Shown here: piece after piece, positions 49,656 to 59,362 of the stretch
Layout of the letters: every line of letters starts with the position of its first letter
Position numbering within the stretch: position 1 is the stretch's first letter
Source: a virus
DNA length: 64,000 nt
IMG/VR virus record: IMGVR_UViG_3300018080_000107
Reading direction: 5' to 3' (one strand)
The notes under the pieces: generated by a model
Database searches by the model: none
The model's input: only the letters and a program-made list of their open reading frames with translations
Told to the model about the DNA's origin: nothing
Program-made: the position numbers and the translations under genes

Positions 49656-50158
49656 TCTCCTCGTTCCGCTTTTTCCTCTTCGGCTTGATACTCAAGAAAG
49701 TATTGATACGCCTTAATCAAAATCTTCCTCGAAATGTCCTGTGCATTTTTGTGTGTACCAGCGAATATAACCTGAATATCATGTTTCAACATCAGGCTTA
49801 CAATTGAGCCAAGAATTGCGCTCGCACTCATACGTGTGTACCGCTGATTATGAATAGCAGACAGATAATCCTCAACCACAATAAACTTATGATCCACATG
49901 GTCCATTCTCTCAATCTCACGGTAGAATCTTGCACGATGCTTGCCGAGATTGTTGCATAATTCAGTAATCGTCTGCTTTCTTTCTATGATTACAAAATGC
50001 TCAAGCCCCTTAATGGAATAATCTCCATAATCAAGCTTCTGTACAATCATCCCAGCACAGTTCTTACTCTTCTTAAAATGAAATCCCTTTTTCTCCCTGG
50101 TGTCGCAGATAATCCAAGGTAGTTCAGGACTTTTCTTCGCCTTTTGCTTTTTTGGCAT
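49646..50158 (-). CDS. Stand-alone ERCC4/XPF-family nuclease
   Basis: DTRE, GDYSI and IERK motifs; start moved to the ATG at 50158. Confidence 0.85.
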   Translation of the reverse strand: MPKKQKAKKSPELPWIICDTREKKGFHFKKSKNCAGMIVQKLDYGDYSIKGLEHFVIIERKQTITELCNNLGKHRARFYREIERMDHVDHKFIVVEDYLSAIHNQRYTRMSASAILGSIVSLMLKHDIQVIFAGTHKNAQDISRKILIKAYQYFLEYQAEEEKAERGDWD

Positions 50159-50978
50159 CCTTGTCCACCCTTTCCTCAAGTTTAGGTGGCTCATAGTCTG
50201 CAGGTAGCTTCCCGTCTATAAAATTCTTAGCCAAATCAACGGGTTCTACTCCTAGAGCCAAATCGTTGTCTACCAACAAATTGACAGCTTCCTCCATCCT
50301 AAATTTCAACATTGTAGCCTCTTCACCGGCCAAAACGCGAGTGTGCCTTTCATTGATTTCTCTAATTAAGTTTGTAAAGTTTGTAGCACTATCCTCTTGT
50401 TTCTTTAGTCGCTGTCCACGTTCAATATCCAAACTATGTTTGAACTTCAAAATAAGCTCAGTTGCTTCCTTGATCTGCTTACTATTATCTACAAGTGTTT
50501 GACCACTCTGCCTCGATTCAAATTCTTCTTTTCGCAACCTAAGAATTGTTATTTGAAGCATTGTTAATTCATGCAGATCATCTTCCTCATGAGATGTCAA
50601 AGTCTCTATGTCAGGAGAAGAAAAATACTCCACATACTTTTCCTCGTACAGCCTTAGTTCATCTACGCTCAACCCCTGTCTCATCAAATGATATCGTGGC
50701 CTTTGCCTCAACTGATGTAAAAAGAACTCACGCCTTTCCTCTTCAGACATGCGTTTTAGACTTACGGCTTTGACAGGAGCCTTTATTATTTCATTATCAC
50801 TCGTCTTAGACTGAACGCCTCTTTTGGTTAAACCAAGTCTCTGCGTCCTCCACTTCAACACCGTACCACGAGGAACATGCAAAATTTTGCCCATCTCCTC
50901 ATCAGTCATTTTGAGATAGTTTTCTTTAATAAACCTCTCTTTTTTAGGCGTCAAAACATATTTCTTACGAATGCCCAT
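50124..50978 (-). CDS. HTH protein, putative terminase small subunit
   Basis: N-terminal HTH (TDEEMGKILHVPRGTVLKWR), helical C-terminus, two genes upstream of TerL. Confidence 0.55.
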   Translation of the reverse strand: MGIRKKYVLTPKKERFIKENYLKMTDEEMGKILHVPRGTVLKWRTQRLGLTKRGVQSKTSDNEIIKAPVKAVSLKRMSEEERREFFLHQLRQRPRYHLMRQGLSVDELRLYEEKYVEYFSSPDIETLTSHEEDDLHELTMLQITILRLRKEEFESRQSGQTLVDNSKQIKEATELILKFKHSLDIERGQRLKKQEDSATNFTNLIREINERHTRVLAGEEATMLKFRMEEAVNLLVDNDLALGVEPVDLAKNFIDGKLPADYEPPKLEERVDKDAKKAKGEEKS

Positions 50979-50980
50979 TT

Positions 50981-51517
50981 TTACCTCTTTCCACCACCGA
51001 TCAAACTACTCATACAACTTTTGCACTTGCTACCAAATGCCATCATATCCTGTGTTCCAACATCGAACTCTTTGCCGCATTGCGAACACTTTGCTTTTTG
51101 CTGCGGTAGCCTATTAACGCTTGCCTCGATGTCTATTGTGCCATCCTCTGCTCTTTTAACACGAGGATTTTTGGCAATGCCAGTTTCTTCTATTCCTTTG
51201 TCTTCAACAACTGGTTGCTTATCGGCATTCGCTGTCTTTTTGTTCCTCCGACGCCTACGCTTCTTCACTACCGGCTTTGCTTCTTCTTCAGCACTCTCTT
51301 CTTCTTCTGCGACAAAGCCAAGAAACATACTTGTTTTACACTCAGGACAAGCAAACGTCTGAAAAAATGCACCACGTGCCTTAATATCTTCTGGCACATC
51401 TTCCATTTCACTAACGTCAAGTATGGCCAACTTATCAAGGTCAACCTTTTTACCACACTTTAGGCAAACAACCTTTGAAATATACGCATCTTTATACAAC
51501 ATAAATCCTCCTACCAA
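50981..51517 (-). CDS. Zn-ribbon protein
   Basis: CLKC, CPEC, CSQC and CKSC with a basic linker; true start may be 51502. Confidence 0.65.
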   Translation of the reverse strand: MVGGFMLYKDAYISKVVCLKCGKKVDLDKLAILDVSEMEDVPEDIKARGAFFQTFACPECKTSMFLGFVAEEEESAEEEAKPVVKKRRRRRNKKTANADKQPVVEDKGIEETGIAKNPRVKRAEDGTIDIEASVNRLPQQKAKCSQCGKEFDVGTQDMMAFGSKCKSCMSSLIGGGKR

Positions 51518-52164
51518 TCAAGTGTATTATACACTACGTCCTTCACTGCATCAAACAATCTTTCCTCGTCTTCGGGTGATATTCCAGAATTAGCAAGCAT
51601 CATTCTATATGGCACTATCAAACCACTTGGAAGCATGACGCCTATATCATCTATCGCCCGTTCATAATATTCTTCTTGATCAAAAATAAACCCATTGCTC
51701 TGCTGTGTATTCCACGAGAACTCAGGATCACATCTCATATGCGCAATCCCCTCTTTTTTCCTTTTGTTCTCTAGGTAGTCCTTATATCTATCACATTTTT
51801 CTAAATCTTCCCCATGAAGAAAGCATTCACCATTTCTATAAAACACACAGCGAGCGCACACATTTGTTCTACGCAATGTATGACGACGCCTTAAATCTCT
51901 AAGGCAATTGTCAACACATCTTCCAAAAAAATTGAATGCAGAATGTGTTCCCGGCCTGAATTTCGCAATAATCTTCGAGCATTTAAGCCGAATTTCTTGT
52001 GCAACATCATCAATAGCATACACACCAATAGAACCAAATTGTTTGCTTTTAACAGCAGCAATATACTCTACGATTGGCTCTATATCAGAATAAACTAATG
52101 GGCGCTTTGTTGCTATATCTATGATTTGTTTTTCAATGCCGGTGATTTCCGACTTACTCACCAT
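51511..52164 (-). CDS. Phage sigma-like factor (ECF-type region 2, Cys-rich insert, no obvious region 4 HTH)
   Basis: DDVAQEIRLK...KFRPG..SAFNFF.RCVDNCLRDLRRR matches the region 2 pattern DxxQE...F..(W/F)...(A/V)xNxxxDxxRR. Confidence 0.7.
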   Translation of the reverse strand: MVSKSEITGIEKQIIDIATKRPLVYSDIEPIVEYIAAVKSKQFGSIGVYAIDDVAQEIRLKCSKIIAKFRPGTHSAFNFFGRCVDNCLRDLRRRHTLRRTNVCARCVFYRNGECFLHGEDLEKCDRYKDYLENKRKKEGIAHMRCDPEFSWNTQQSNGFIFDQEEYYERAIDDIGVMLPSGLIVPYRMMLANSGISPEDEERLFDAVKDVVYNTLDW

Positions 52165-52333
52165 CTATTGTTCCTATCTGGTTATCAGTAATGATGTCCT
52201 GGATTTCTCCCGCTATCACACCACTTGGTGTCACTTCTCTAAATGCCCTGCTCTTTTTCAAAACAGGGTCTGCAGAGTTGGCCTTAACTGGTTTGTCACC
52301 CCAGTTGATCCTATTTTCTTCTCGATCACTCAT
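52154..52333 (-). CDS. Small hypothetical protein (59 aa)
   Basis: Manual call: GGAGG RBS, MSDREENRINWGDK...TIDGE; fills the gap between genes. Confidence 0.6.
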   Translation of the reverse strand: MSDREENRINWGDKPVKANSADPVLKKSRAFREVTPSGVIAGEIQDIITDNQIGTIDGE

Positions 52334-52655
52334 GTTTTACCTCCCGCAGACACGAACAAAGCTGCAGCAATGGCAATCCACCATACTGCTCCTCATTAGA
52401 CTCAAACAGCCCAACGTAACCCATGCCATAACACTTTCGACAATTGTTCTTGGCACGATACCGCTTAACAGACACACCATCTTTTGCACTTGCATCTGCC
52501 TCCCTAACATGGAAAACACGCCTTGCCCCCATCTCGACATCCTCAATGGGCATAAGAGGCATCTCACCATACCTTTCCACGACCTCCTGAATAAGCTCCT
52601 TCAGGTCTGTCGATTCCTTCTTCTCTTCTACCTTTTCGGCTCTCTGTTCTTCCAT
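52326..52655 (-). CDS. Small Zn-finger protein
   Basis: CRKCYGMG...CSC; GGAGG RBS. Confidence 0.6.
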   Translation of the reverse strand: MEEQRAEKVEEKKESTDLKELIQEVVERYGEMPLMPIEDVEMGARRVFHVREADASAKDGVSVKRYRAKNNCRKCYGMGYVGLFESNEEQYGGLPLLQLCSCLREVKHE

Positions 52656-52664
52656 TACGTCCTC

Positions 52665-55295
52665 CTACACTGAACAAGCACCCCATCCACACGATGGGCA
52701 AGTTTTACACTTTTCTGTTATGGCCAATTCGCTACCACACTCTGGGCAAATCAATTTCTTCTTAGATGCCGTCGCTTCTATTGTGGTATCGTCTTCAATA
52801 AACGTATAAAAATCTTCAACAGCAGACTTAGGTATATAAACACGCTCATCTGTTATCTTAACTTCAATCTCTGTCTTTTCCGAGAACACCTCCATAAACT
52901 TTTTCAACACACCAATATTTCTACTGTTGGACTTAAACTTGATACCACCGTGTTTAGTTTGAATACCACCAACAAGATATAAATGTCTTACAAAATACGG
53001 AGTAACAAACTCCCGCAATTCTCGCTTAGTGGAAATATCAATAACGGAATCATAATCAATTGGAGTATCATACAAATCTTTCAAAAAGTGTGTGTCAAAG
53101 TAATAATAAGTCTTATCCGTCACAATGCTCTCGATGGGGCCACATACAATCCCATGATCTAAAAATTGCTTGCGAACATCATGAGCATAGACCAAATGAT
53201 CGGCAACCTGTCGATATGATGATTGATGGTCAACAGTAGTAAGCTTAGAGTGGCCAACTAATATATTGGCCATTATGATTTCTGTTAATGAACGTGTAAG
53301 CTTTTGCATACTCGCCTGGCGTGCTGTTTCATGCTCTTCTTTGCGAATACCATATCGCTTAAGTTTAGCGAATACCTTTTGTTCTGACACACCAAGAAGA
53401 TCGGCAATCTCTTTTGCTGTTAGTCCCTCTCGACAATATTTCTGGAATAGGAAGTCACGAAGTTCCTCGTGATATTTATCATCTTTTGACCCAACACTTA
53501 GCACACCAGCCTTACTACCTTCACGAAATATAGTGGTGCCCTTACACTTAAGTCTGTGTGCCAATTTGTATGCTCCAGCAACATGATGTACGGTCGCATC
53601 TGGTGGCATATTGATTGTTTTTGAAATACCAGAATCCACATTCTCTTGTGCTGCTGCTTGCATCTTGATATGATCTTCAACCGAAATATCAGCCGCACAC
53701 TTAAACAACCTCCTAATGTCTGCTGGAATTTCTTCTATCTTTTGAATAGACCCAACCTTCTCAAGCTTCTTAATGATTGCATTGATGTCAAGACCTGCAG
53801 CTTCAATACAAGCCTTAAACTTTGGATTCAATTCAATATAGATGTCACCATCATATGTGCGCCTTCGATAGAATACATTGAAATATGGCTCAATGGAATG
53901 ACTTGCCCCAGCTACCATAGCAACACTACCTGTTGGCTGCAATGTTGTATGCCAAAGGTTGCGAATTTTGATTCCCTTCTTTTCCCAAACTGAACCTTTC
54001 CAATTTTCAGGTAGTCCACGTTCTTTCGCCAACTCTATGGACTCCATAATAGCATATTCCTTTACTGATTCTCCGATGTGGCGCAAAAGATCACGTGCCT
54101 CTTCAGAATCATATGGAATGCCCAAATCAATTAGGATGTCGGCAAAACCCATTAGGCCAATGCCAACTCCACGTGTCTTCTTGACACACTCTTCAATCTG
54201 CTTCAGTGGATATGAACTTACATCAATTGCATTTTCTGCAATCCTCACTGCTGTACGCACCATATCCTCAAGTAGAGAATGAAGAAACTCACCACCTTTA
54301 AAACACTTATTAAGATTTACAGCAACCAAATTGCACGCATGATATGGGTGCATATACAATTCACCACACGGATTGGAAGCTTCTATCCTGCCAAGGTGTG
54401 GCATAGTGTTGCCTTCATTTACAGTATCAATAAAACAAACACCCGGATCTCCACTCTTCCAAGCATATTCACACACCATATTAAAAAGTCGCCTCGCCTT
54501 AACGGTTTTTACAACCTTGCCATTTTGGCGCGACACTAAGTTCCAATCAGAATTTTCCTCAACCGCCTTCATAAACCTGTCTGTCAATTTGACAGATAGA
54601 TTAAATTTGGTTAATCTTTGAAGTTTTTCCATCTCCATCTCGGCAAACTTCTTGAGAGTCTTATCTGTAGAACTTAGTACAATCCTCATTAGTCGATTAA
54701 TCTCTTGCAGATTCTGCGACTTTACAGTAATAAATTCTTCGATGTCTGGATGATCCATATCCATAAACGCAATCGACGCTGCACGCCTAACACCACCTTG
54801 CGTCACAACGTTTGAGGAGGCGTCAAACACCTCCAAAAAGGATAGTGGCCCAGAGGACTTACCCTTAGACGTTTTGACGATAGAGCCCTTCTCACGCAGC
54901 ACAGAGATATCAATACCAATACCTCCACCAGCTTGATAGACCCTGGCACAATTACCCATAGTATCATATATACCATCTATAGAATCTGCAAGTGGTAAAA
55001 CGAAACATGAAAAAAGCCCACCAGGAGTATCGACTGATGGATCACGAGAATTAAACAAATATGGCGATGCTGGCATAACATTAAGATTCAGTAGGTGCTC
55101 CAATACCCTATTATACCAATATTCTCTTGCTTCTGGAGTTCTTTCGGCATAAGTGACACATTTCGCCACTCTTTCAAACATTTGTCTTGGTGTTTCTACT
55201 ACTTTTCCCTCATTATTTTTCAACAGATAGCGCGATTCAACTAGACGCCTGCTGTTCTCGGTCAAATAAGGCCGACGATCCATAATATCTCCCAA
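52665..55295 (-). CDS. nrdJ: Class II (B12-dependent) ribonucleotide reductase with an inserted HTH/LAGLIDADG-like domain
   Basis: SCFV, GGGIG, QGGVRRAA, NPCGE, CNL, QPTGS, DSGISKTIN, KGTTIFR; C-terminal CPECG..CxxCxxCG..C tail; no beta-subunit gene nearby. Start may be the ATG at 55283. Confidence 0.9.
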   Translation of the reverse strand: MGDIMDRRPYLTENSRRLVESRYLLKNNEGKVVETPRQMFERVAKCVTYAERTPEAREYWYNRVLEHLLNLNVMPASPYLFNSRDPSVDTPGGLFSCFVLPLADSIDGIYDTMGNCARVYQAGGGIGIDISVLREKGSIVKTSKGKSSGPLSFLEVFDASSNVVTQGGVRRAASIAFMDMDHPDIEEFITVKSQNLQEINRLMRIVLSSTDKTLKKFAEMEMEKLQRLTKFNLSVKLTDRFMKAVEENSDWNLVSRQNGKVVKTVKARRLFNMVCEYAWKSGDPGVCFIDTVNEGNTMPHLGRIEASNPCGELYMHPYHACNLVAVNLNKCFKGGEFLHSLLEDMVRTAVRIAENAIDVSSYPLKQIEECVKKTRGVGIGLMGFADILIDLGIPYDSEEARDLLRHIGESVKEYAIMESIELAKERGLPENWKGSVWEKKGIKIRNLWHTTLQPTGSVAMVAGASHSIEPYFNVFYRRRTYDGDIYIELNPKFKACIEAAGLDINAIIKKLEKVGSIQKIEEIPADIRRLFKCAADISVEDHIKMQAAAQENVDSGISKTINMPPDATVHHVAGAYKLAHRLKCKGTTIFREGSKAGVLSVGSKDDKYHEELRDFLFQKYCREGLTAKEIADLLGVSEQKVFAKLKRYGIRKEEHETARQASMQKLTRSLTEIIMANILVGHSKLTTVDHQSSYRQVADHLVYAHDVRKQFLDHGIVCGPIESIVTDKTYYYFDTHFLKDLYDTPIDYDSVIDISTKRELREFVTPYFVRHLYLVGGIQTKHGGIKFKSNSRNIGVLKKFMEVFSEKTEIEVKITDERVYIPKSAVEDFYTFIEDDTTIEATASKKKLICPECGSELAITEKCKTCPSCGWGACSV

Positions 55296-55352
55296 CGCTC
55301 TTTATATTTGAAGTCGAATTGACATAAATGCCTACCACGAATATACTTATAC

Positions 55353-55381
55353 AAAAAAACCACCATTAAAAGCATAATGGT
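55353..55381 (-). terminator. Weak terminator-like hairpin between the MTase and nrdJ
   Basis: ACCATTA/TAATGGT stem followed by GG and a T run. Confidence 0.4.
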
Positions 55382-55405
55382 AGCATATGTAATAGTATTA
55401 TACGT

Positions 55406-56428
55406 CTATAGGTCTTTTGTTCCGACTGAAACTGTATATCTAAGTGGAGTATACTCCGCAACAAACAAATCGGTTGCCACGCTGACATCTTTTATCATTT
55501 GCAACTGGATATCCTTCTCTTGAGGACTCATACAGGCAAAATCATAATTAACACAACGATGTTTCATCTCTCTAGTTTGTGTGAACTTATAATGGTCGTC
55601 CAACCTCCTGTGATTCATCGAATTTCCTAAATCTTGCGCATCACGCATGTTGTCAGAAATAATATCAAAACACCCGTGCCGAATTTCACATCCATAACTA
55701 TTCCGCCCGTTAATAAGCGCCGCCTTCATTGTTGTGCCAGCACCAAGAAACGGATCAAGTACCAAATCGCCTTGCATTGAAAACATATTAATCAATCTAT
55801 GTGGAATTTCAAGTGGAAAGGCGGCAGTTCGTATTCCCTTTTTATTCTGTCTAACACCTGTGACATCCCACAAATCAGAAAACCACTTATTACGCTCTTC
55901 CCAAAAATACGCACTACGTCTACGTATCTTCTTTTCTCTTTCAGAATGCTTCCTTGGATTACCCTTTCTAAAGATTAGGATGTGTTCATGTTCAAGCGTC
56001 ATATATGCGCCACAAGGCAACATCCCAGATCCCATAAATTTTGTAGGTGAGTTTGTAGGCTTTCTCCAAATAACTCCTGGCAACAATGTCATACCCATAG
56101 AAGTCAAATACTCTATAATCTTAGAGTGATTGGGATATAGTGCAAAATGTCCCTCAAGCGTCCTTACTGCATCTCCTATATTGATGCACATAAAGCCACC
56201 TTTTCTAAGAACATGGACGCACTGATGTAAAACATTGCGCAATTGCATATGTTGATGATTATACACGCCCCAAGGATCGTGCTTAAAGTCGCCACCCAGC
56301 ATTTCATCCCACATCTTGACCATAGGATATGGAGGCGATGTTACAATCAAATCCACTGTACCAGAAGCATGACTACTCAATACATCCCTTGCATCTTCCC
56401 TGTATACTCTATGTGATGTCCAAAGCAT
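55406..56428 (-). CDS. DNA methyltransferase, beta class (N4-C/N6-A)
   Basis: TSPPY motif IV precedes DPFLGAGTT motif I. Confidence 0.92.
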   Translation of the reverse strand: MLWTSHRVYREDARDVLSSHASGTVDLIVTSPPYPMVKMWDEMLGGDFKHDPWGVYNHQHMQLRNVLHQCVHVLRKGGFMCINIGDAVRTLEGHFALYPNHSKIIEYLTSMGMTLLPGVIWRKPTNSPTKFMGSGMLPCGAYMTLEHEHILIFRKGNPRKHSEREKKIRRRSAYFWEERNKWFSDLWDVTGVRQNKKGIRTAAFPLEIPHRLINMFSMQGDLVLDPFLGAGTTMKAALINGRNSYGCEIRHGCFDIISDNMRDAQDLGNSMNHRRLDDHYKFTQTREMKHRCVNYDFACMSPQEKDIQLQMIKDVSVATDLFVAEYTPLRYTVSVGTKDL

Positions 56429-57423
56429 TATCTAATCGACCTTTTTGAAACTCTATTTAGCCAAAATTTACACATCCTATCAACCATACCCTGAAATGAC
56501 ACTTCTCTTTCCCAACCAAGTATTGACAAAGCCTTAGTCGAATTACCAAGAAGATAATTTACATCCGATGGGCGAACAAATTGTTGATCAATAACAACGT
56601 GCTTTTCATAATCAAGTCCAAAAAATCCAAACGCCCGATCACACAAATCTCTAATAGAATGTGCCTCACCAGTAGACAGCACAAAATCATCCGGCTTATC
56701 ATGCTGTAACATTAAGTGCATCCCACGTACATAATCTGGCGCATAACCCCAATCACGCCTTGCCTCAAGATTGCCGAGAGCCAATTCATGCCGCATCCCC
56801 AAATAAACCTCAACGGCACCTCTGCATATTTTCGCAGTTACAAACTCTTCTCCACGCAACTCACTTTCATGATTAAAAAGAAGTCCCACACTTCCAAAAA
56901 TCCCATATGCTTCTCTGTAATTCTGCACCACATGATGTGCAAATGTTTTAGCACACCCATATGGCGACCTTGGATGGAATGGAGTCCGCTCGTCCATTGG
57001 TTTGCCAGCAGGCCATTCATCATATCCAAACTGTTCTGAAGATCCGGCTTGGTACACCTTTGTCTCTGGGCTATGAACACGAATGGCTTCTACAAGATTA
57101 AGTACACCCATTCCAGTCACATCACATGTAGCAATCGGACTGTTGAATGACTCTCCAACAAAACTTTGCGCTCCAAGATTATAACATTCATCTGGATGAT
57201 ACTTAGACATTAGCGTACCAAGTGAAGCATGATCTATTAAATCGCCGCTTACCAAATGAAAATTTGGATTGCCGATAGCCCCAACATGTCTTAGTCGCCA
57301 CAACTTGTCTGTAGCACCACGCCGAATCATTCCATATACTTCATAACCCAATTCAAGCAAATGCTTAGAAAGCCATGCTCCATCTTGCCCATTGCAGCCA
57401 GTTATCAATGCTGTTTTAGACAT
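56428..57423 (-). CDS. gmd: GDP-mannose 4,6-dehydratase
   Basis: ALITGCNGQDG, YNLGAQSFV, YQAGSSE, PRSPYGCAK, LFNHES, RDWGYA; start taken at MSKTALITG. Confidence 0.95.
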   Translation of the reverse strand: MSKTALITGCNGQDGAWLSKHLLELGYEVYGMIRRGATDKLWRLRHVGAIGNPNFHLVSGDLIDHASLGTLMSKYHPDECYNLGAQSFVGESFNSPIATCDVTGMGVLNLVEAIRVHSPETKVYQAGSSEQFGYDEWPAGKPMDERTPFHPRSPYGCAKTFAHHVVQNYREAYGIFGSVGLLFNHESELRGEEFVTAKICRGAVEVYLGMRHELALGNLEARRDWGYAPDYVRGMHLMLQHDKPDDFVLSTGEAHSIRDLCDRAFGFFGLDYEKHVVIDQQFVRPSDVNYLLGNSTKALSILGWEREVSFQGMVDRMCKFWLNRVSKRSIR

Positions 57424-58415
57424 TATTGCAACCTTTCTCTTTTGTAATCCCACTCACCCTTATATACCAGCCTCTGAACACACAAATAATCATCATCATC
57501 AATAAATATATTGCCTTCTTTAACTCCACATTTTCTACACGTATGTTTATCAGGCATGGCAATAACATCCCAAGGTATTTGCCATTTTTTGCCATCTTCA
57601 AAAGAAAACTTTTGCCTATTGATTTGCAGACTATTTACTTTTTCTGTTGTAATAGATCCTACAAATGCTGTTTTGCCAGCATTGGAATCAACAATAAAAA
57701 ACGCAGCCTCATCTATATATTTTAATTCTTCCTTACTAAGTATTAATGAACATTTAAATGAAGGAATTGAAACACCTTTTTTACCAGCCTCCAATTTATC
57801 CATTCCACTACGCCATCTAGCAACATAATCTTCATGCGGAGGGCGTCTATCGAAAGTACACCGGACAGCCACCTTTCTACCATCTGGATGTATAAAATCA
57901 ACCAACCCATCACCTCTTCCCAATAATACATATGAATTTGGATAAATTCCAAACATTTGGCAATGTGCCAATTCTGCCATCAAGCTCTTAACACGCTTAA
58001 TAAATTCCTTGCTATCAACACCACGCTCTTTATTGTTATTTGCTTTTCTGTTTATCAACTCCAAAGCAAAACTCTCCATTTTTTCTTTCCAATATGCTGG
58101 AGTAGATTCCCACTGTAATTCATTATTAGAACGTGGCATATGTCCCTTTATAAAATGAACATCATCAGAACCCATAGCAGTATATGAGCCATAAACATGA
58201 ATGCACTTCGGCCTACATTTAACCAGTTCCAACATTGAATAAATACAATTATTTTCTGTGCTAAAATTTTCTATATATCTATATTGTACCCAACCACTTA
58301 TTCCATATTTAAGCAACAAAGCCTTATAAACCTCTGAACTATATGGAAATACAAATGATCTAATAACAACATCTTCAACAGGCGTAGGAACTAAAATAGT
58401 TTGCGAATTATTCAT
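57423..58415 (-). CDS. Hypothetical protein, possible degenerate PD-(D/E)XK-like domain
   Basis: 330 aa; AELA...GDGLVDF...VAVRC is only weakly nuclease-like. Confidence 0.5.
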   Translation of the reverse strand: MNNSQTILVPTPVEDVVIRSFVFPYSSEVYKALLLKYGISGWVQYRYIENFSTENNCIYSMLELVKCRPKCIHVYGSYTAMGSDDVHFIKGHMPRSNNELQWESTPAYWKEKMESFALELINRKANNNKERGVDSKEFIKRVKSLMAELAHCQMFGIYPNSYVLLGRGDGLVDFIHPDGRKVAVRCTFDRRPPHEDYVARWRSGMDKLEAGKKGVSIPSFKCSLILSKEELKYIDEAAFFIVDSNAGKTAFVGSITTEKVNSLQINRQKFSFEDGKKWQIPWDVIAMPDKHTCRKCGVKEGNIFIDDDDYLCVQRLVYKGEWDYKRERLQ

Positions 58416-58890
58416 TTTCTATGCTTTCTTCAAAACGCTCTGCCGCCATTACTGCCAATTTATCAACCCTTTCATTCCCAGGTTGGCCATTGTGACCTCG
58501 CACCCATTGAAATTTTGGATTCACACGATTCAATAAATTATTGATTTTCTCCCACAAATCTCGATTTTTAACTTCCTTATCTTGTGAGTTAATAAATCCT
58601 CGCTTAATCCAACCATGAATCCACTTTGTACAACCATTTACACAATACTGTGAATCACTAATAATGGTAATGTCTTCAGCCAGTAGATTGGAAGTCCATA
58701 AAAACTTCATGGCCTCTATAATAGCTGTTATCTCCATGCGATTAGACGTTGTGTCCTTCTCTGCTCCATACCGCCAAAATTCTAACGGAGCAGAATTGTG
58801 ATGATACGTTACCCGACAATAAAACGCCCACCCACCAACCTTACTCGTATGGACCTTTGCGGAGCCATCAGTGTAAATTTCTACCTTCAT
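58408..58890 (-). CDS. rnhA: Ribonuclease HI
   Basis: IYTDGS, TSNRMEITA, SDSQY, VKNRDLW, WVRGHNG, NERVDKLA. Confidence 0.95.
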   Translation of the reverse strand: MKVEIYTDGSAKVHTSKVGGWAFYCRVTYHHNSAPLEFWRYGAEKDTTSNRMEITAIIEAMKFLWTSNLLAEDITIISDSQYCVNGCTKWIHGWIKRGFINSQDKEVKNRDLWEKINNLLNRVNPKFQWVRGHNGQPGNERVDKLAVMAAERFEESIENE

Positions 58891-59143
58891 GCTGTTTAAG
58901 CTCTCTTCCTAACATTAAAGTACATTTTCTCCAAGAATACATACGAAACAACTCTTTTGGAATAAGCGGGATATCTCGTTTTATCTTCCAACCCTCACGC
59001 TTAATCCATGAGCAAAATGAAAAGCTGGCGAAAAAACGAAACAACTTAAACTCAGCACCAAAATACCAGCCCTTTTGCCGACTCCGCTTCCTTTTCTGGA
59101 TAGAACATCCGATTCTAAACCAATTACCGATTGTGAGTTTCAT
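58868..59143 (-). CDS. Hypothetical basic protein
   Basis: Start probably MKLTIGNW (59143); fills the gap. Confidence 0.45.
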   Translation of the reverse strand: MKLTIGNWFRIGCSIQKRKRSRQKGWYFGAEFKLFRFFASFSFCSWIKREGWKIKRDIPLIPKELFRMYSWRKCTLMLGRELKQHEGRNLH

Positions 59144-59351
59144 GCCGATGCACCTTTCCCCACTTGATATAGCGAGTCCATAACTGCTCATGTCCAAAAA
59201 ACATAAAAAAACGAATGCCATAAAATAGAAATGTCATCTTACTTACTTCTGCTTGATTTTTAACAGTTAGCATTCCCACTATCAACATAGTCATTATGCC
59301 AGTAAGTTCCCAAATAACAGCTTTTGCAAACGAACGCCTAGGTGTATCCAT
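59124..59351 (-). CDS. DUF2061-like small membrane protein
   Basis: MDTPRRSFAKAVIW...HEQLW..IKWG pattern; GGAGG RBS. Confidence 0.7.
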   Translation of the reverse strand: MDTPRRSFAKAVIWELTGIMTMLIVGMLTVKNQAEVSKMTFLFYGIRFFMFFGHEQLWTRYIKWGKVHRHETHNR

Positions 59352-59362
59352 AACACCCTCCT

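Noticed and set aside
51521-51540. CGTAGTGTATAATACACT as another late promoter
   Set aside because: It lies inside a coding region and its spacing does not match the 16-bp motif, so the evidence is insufficient.
52790-53470. Intein in nrdJ
   Set aside because: No splicing motifs at either boundary, and the insertion is not at a conserved active-site motif.
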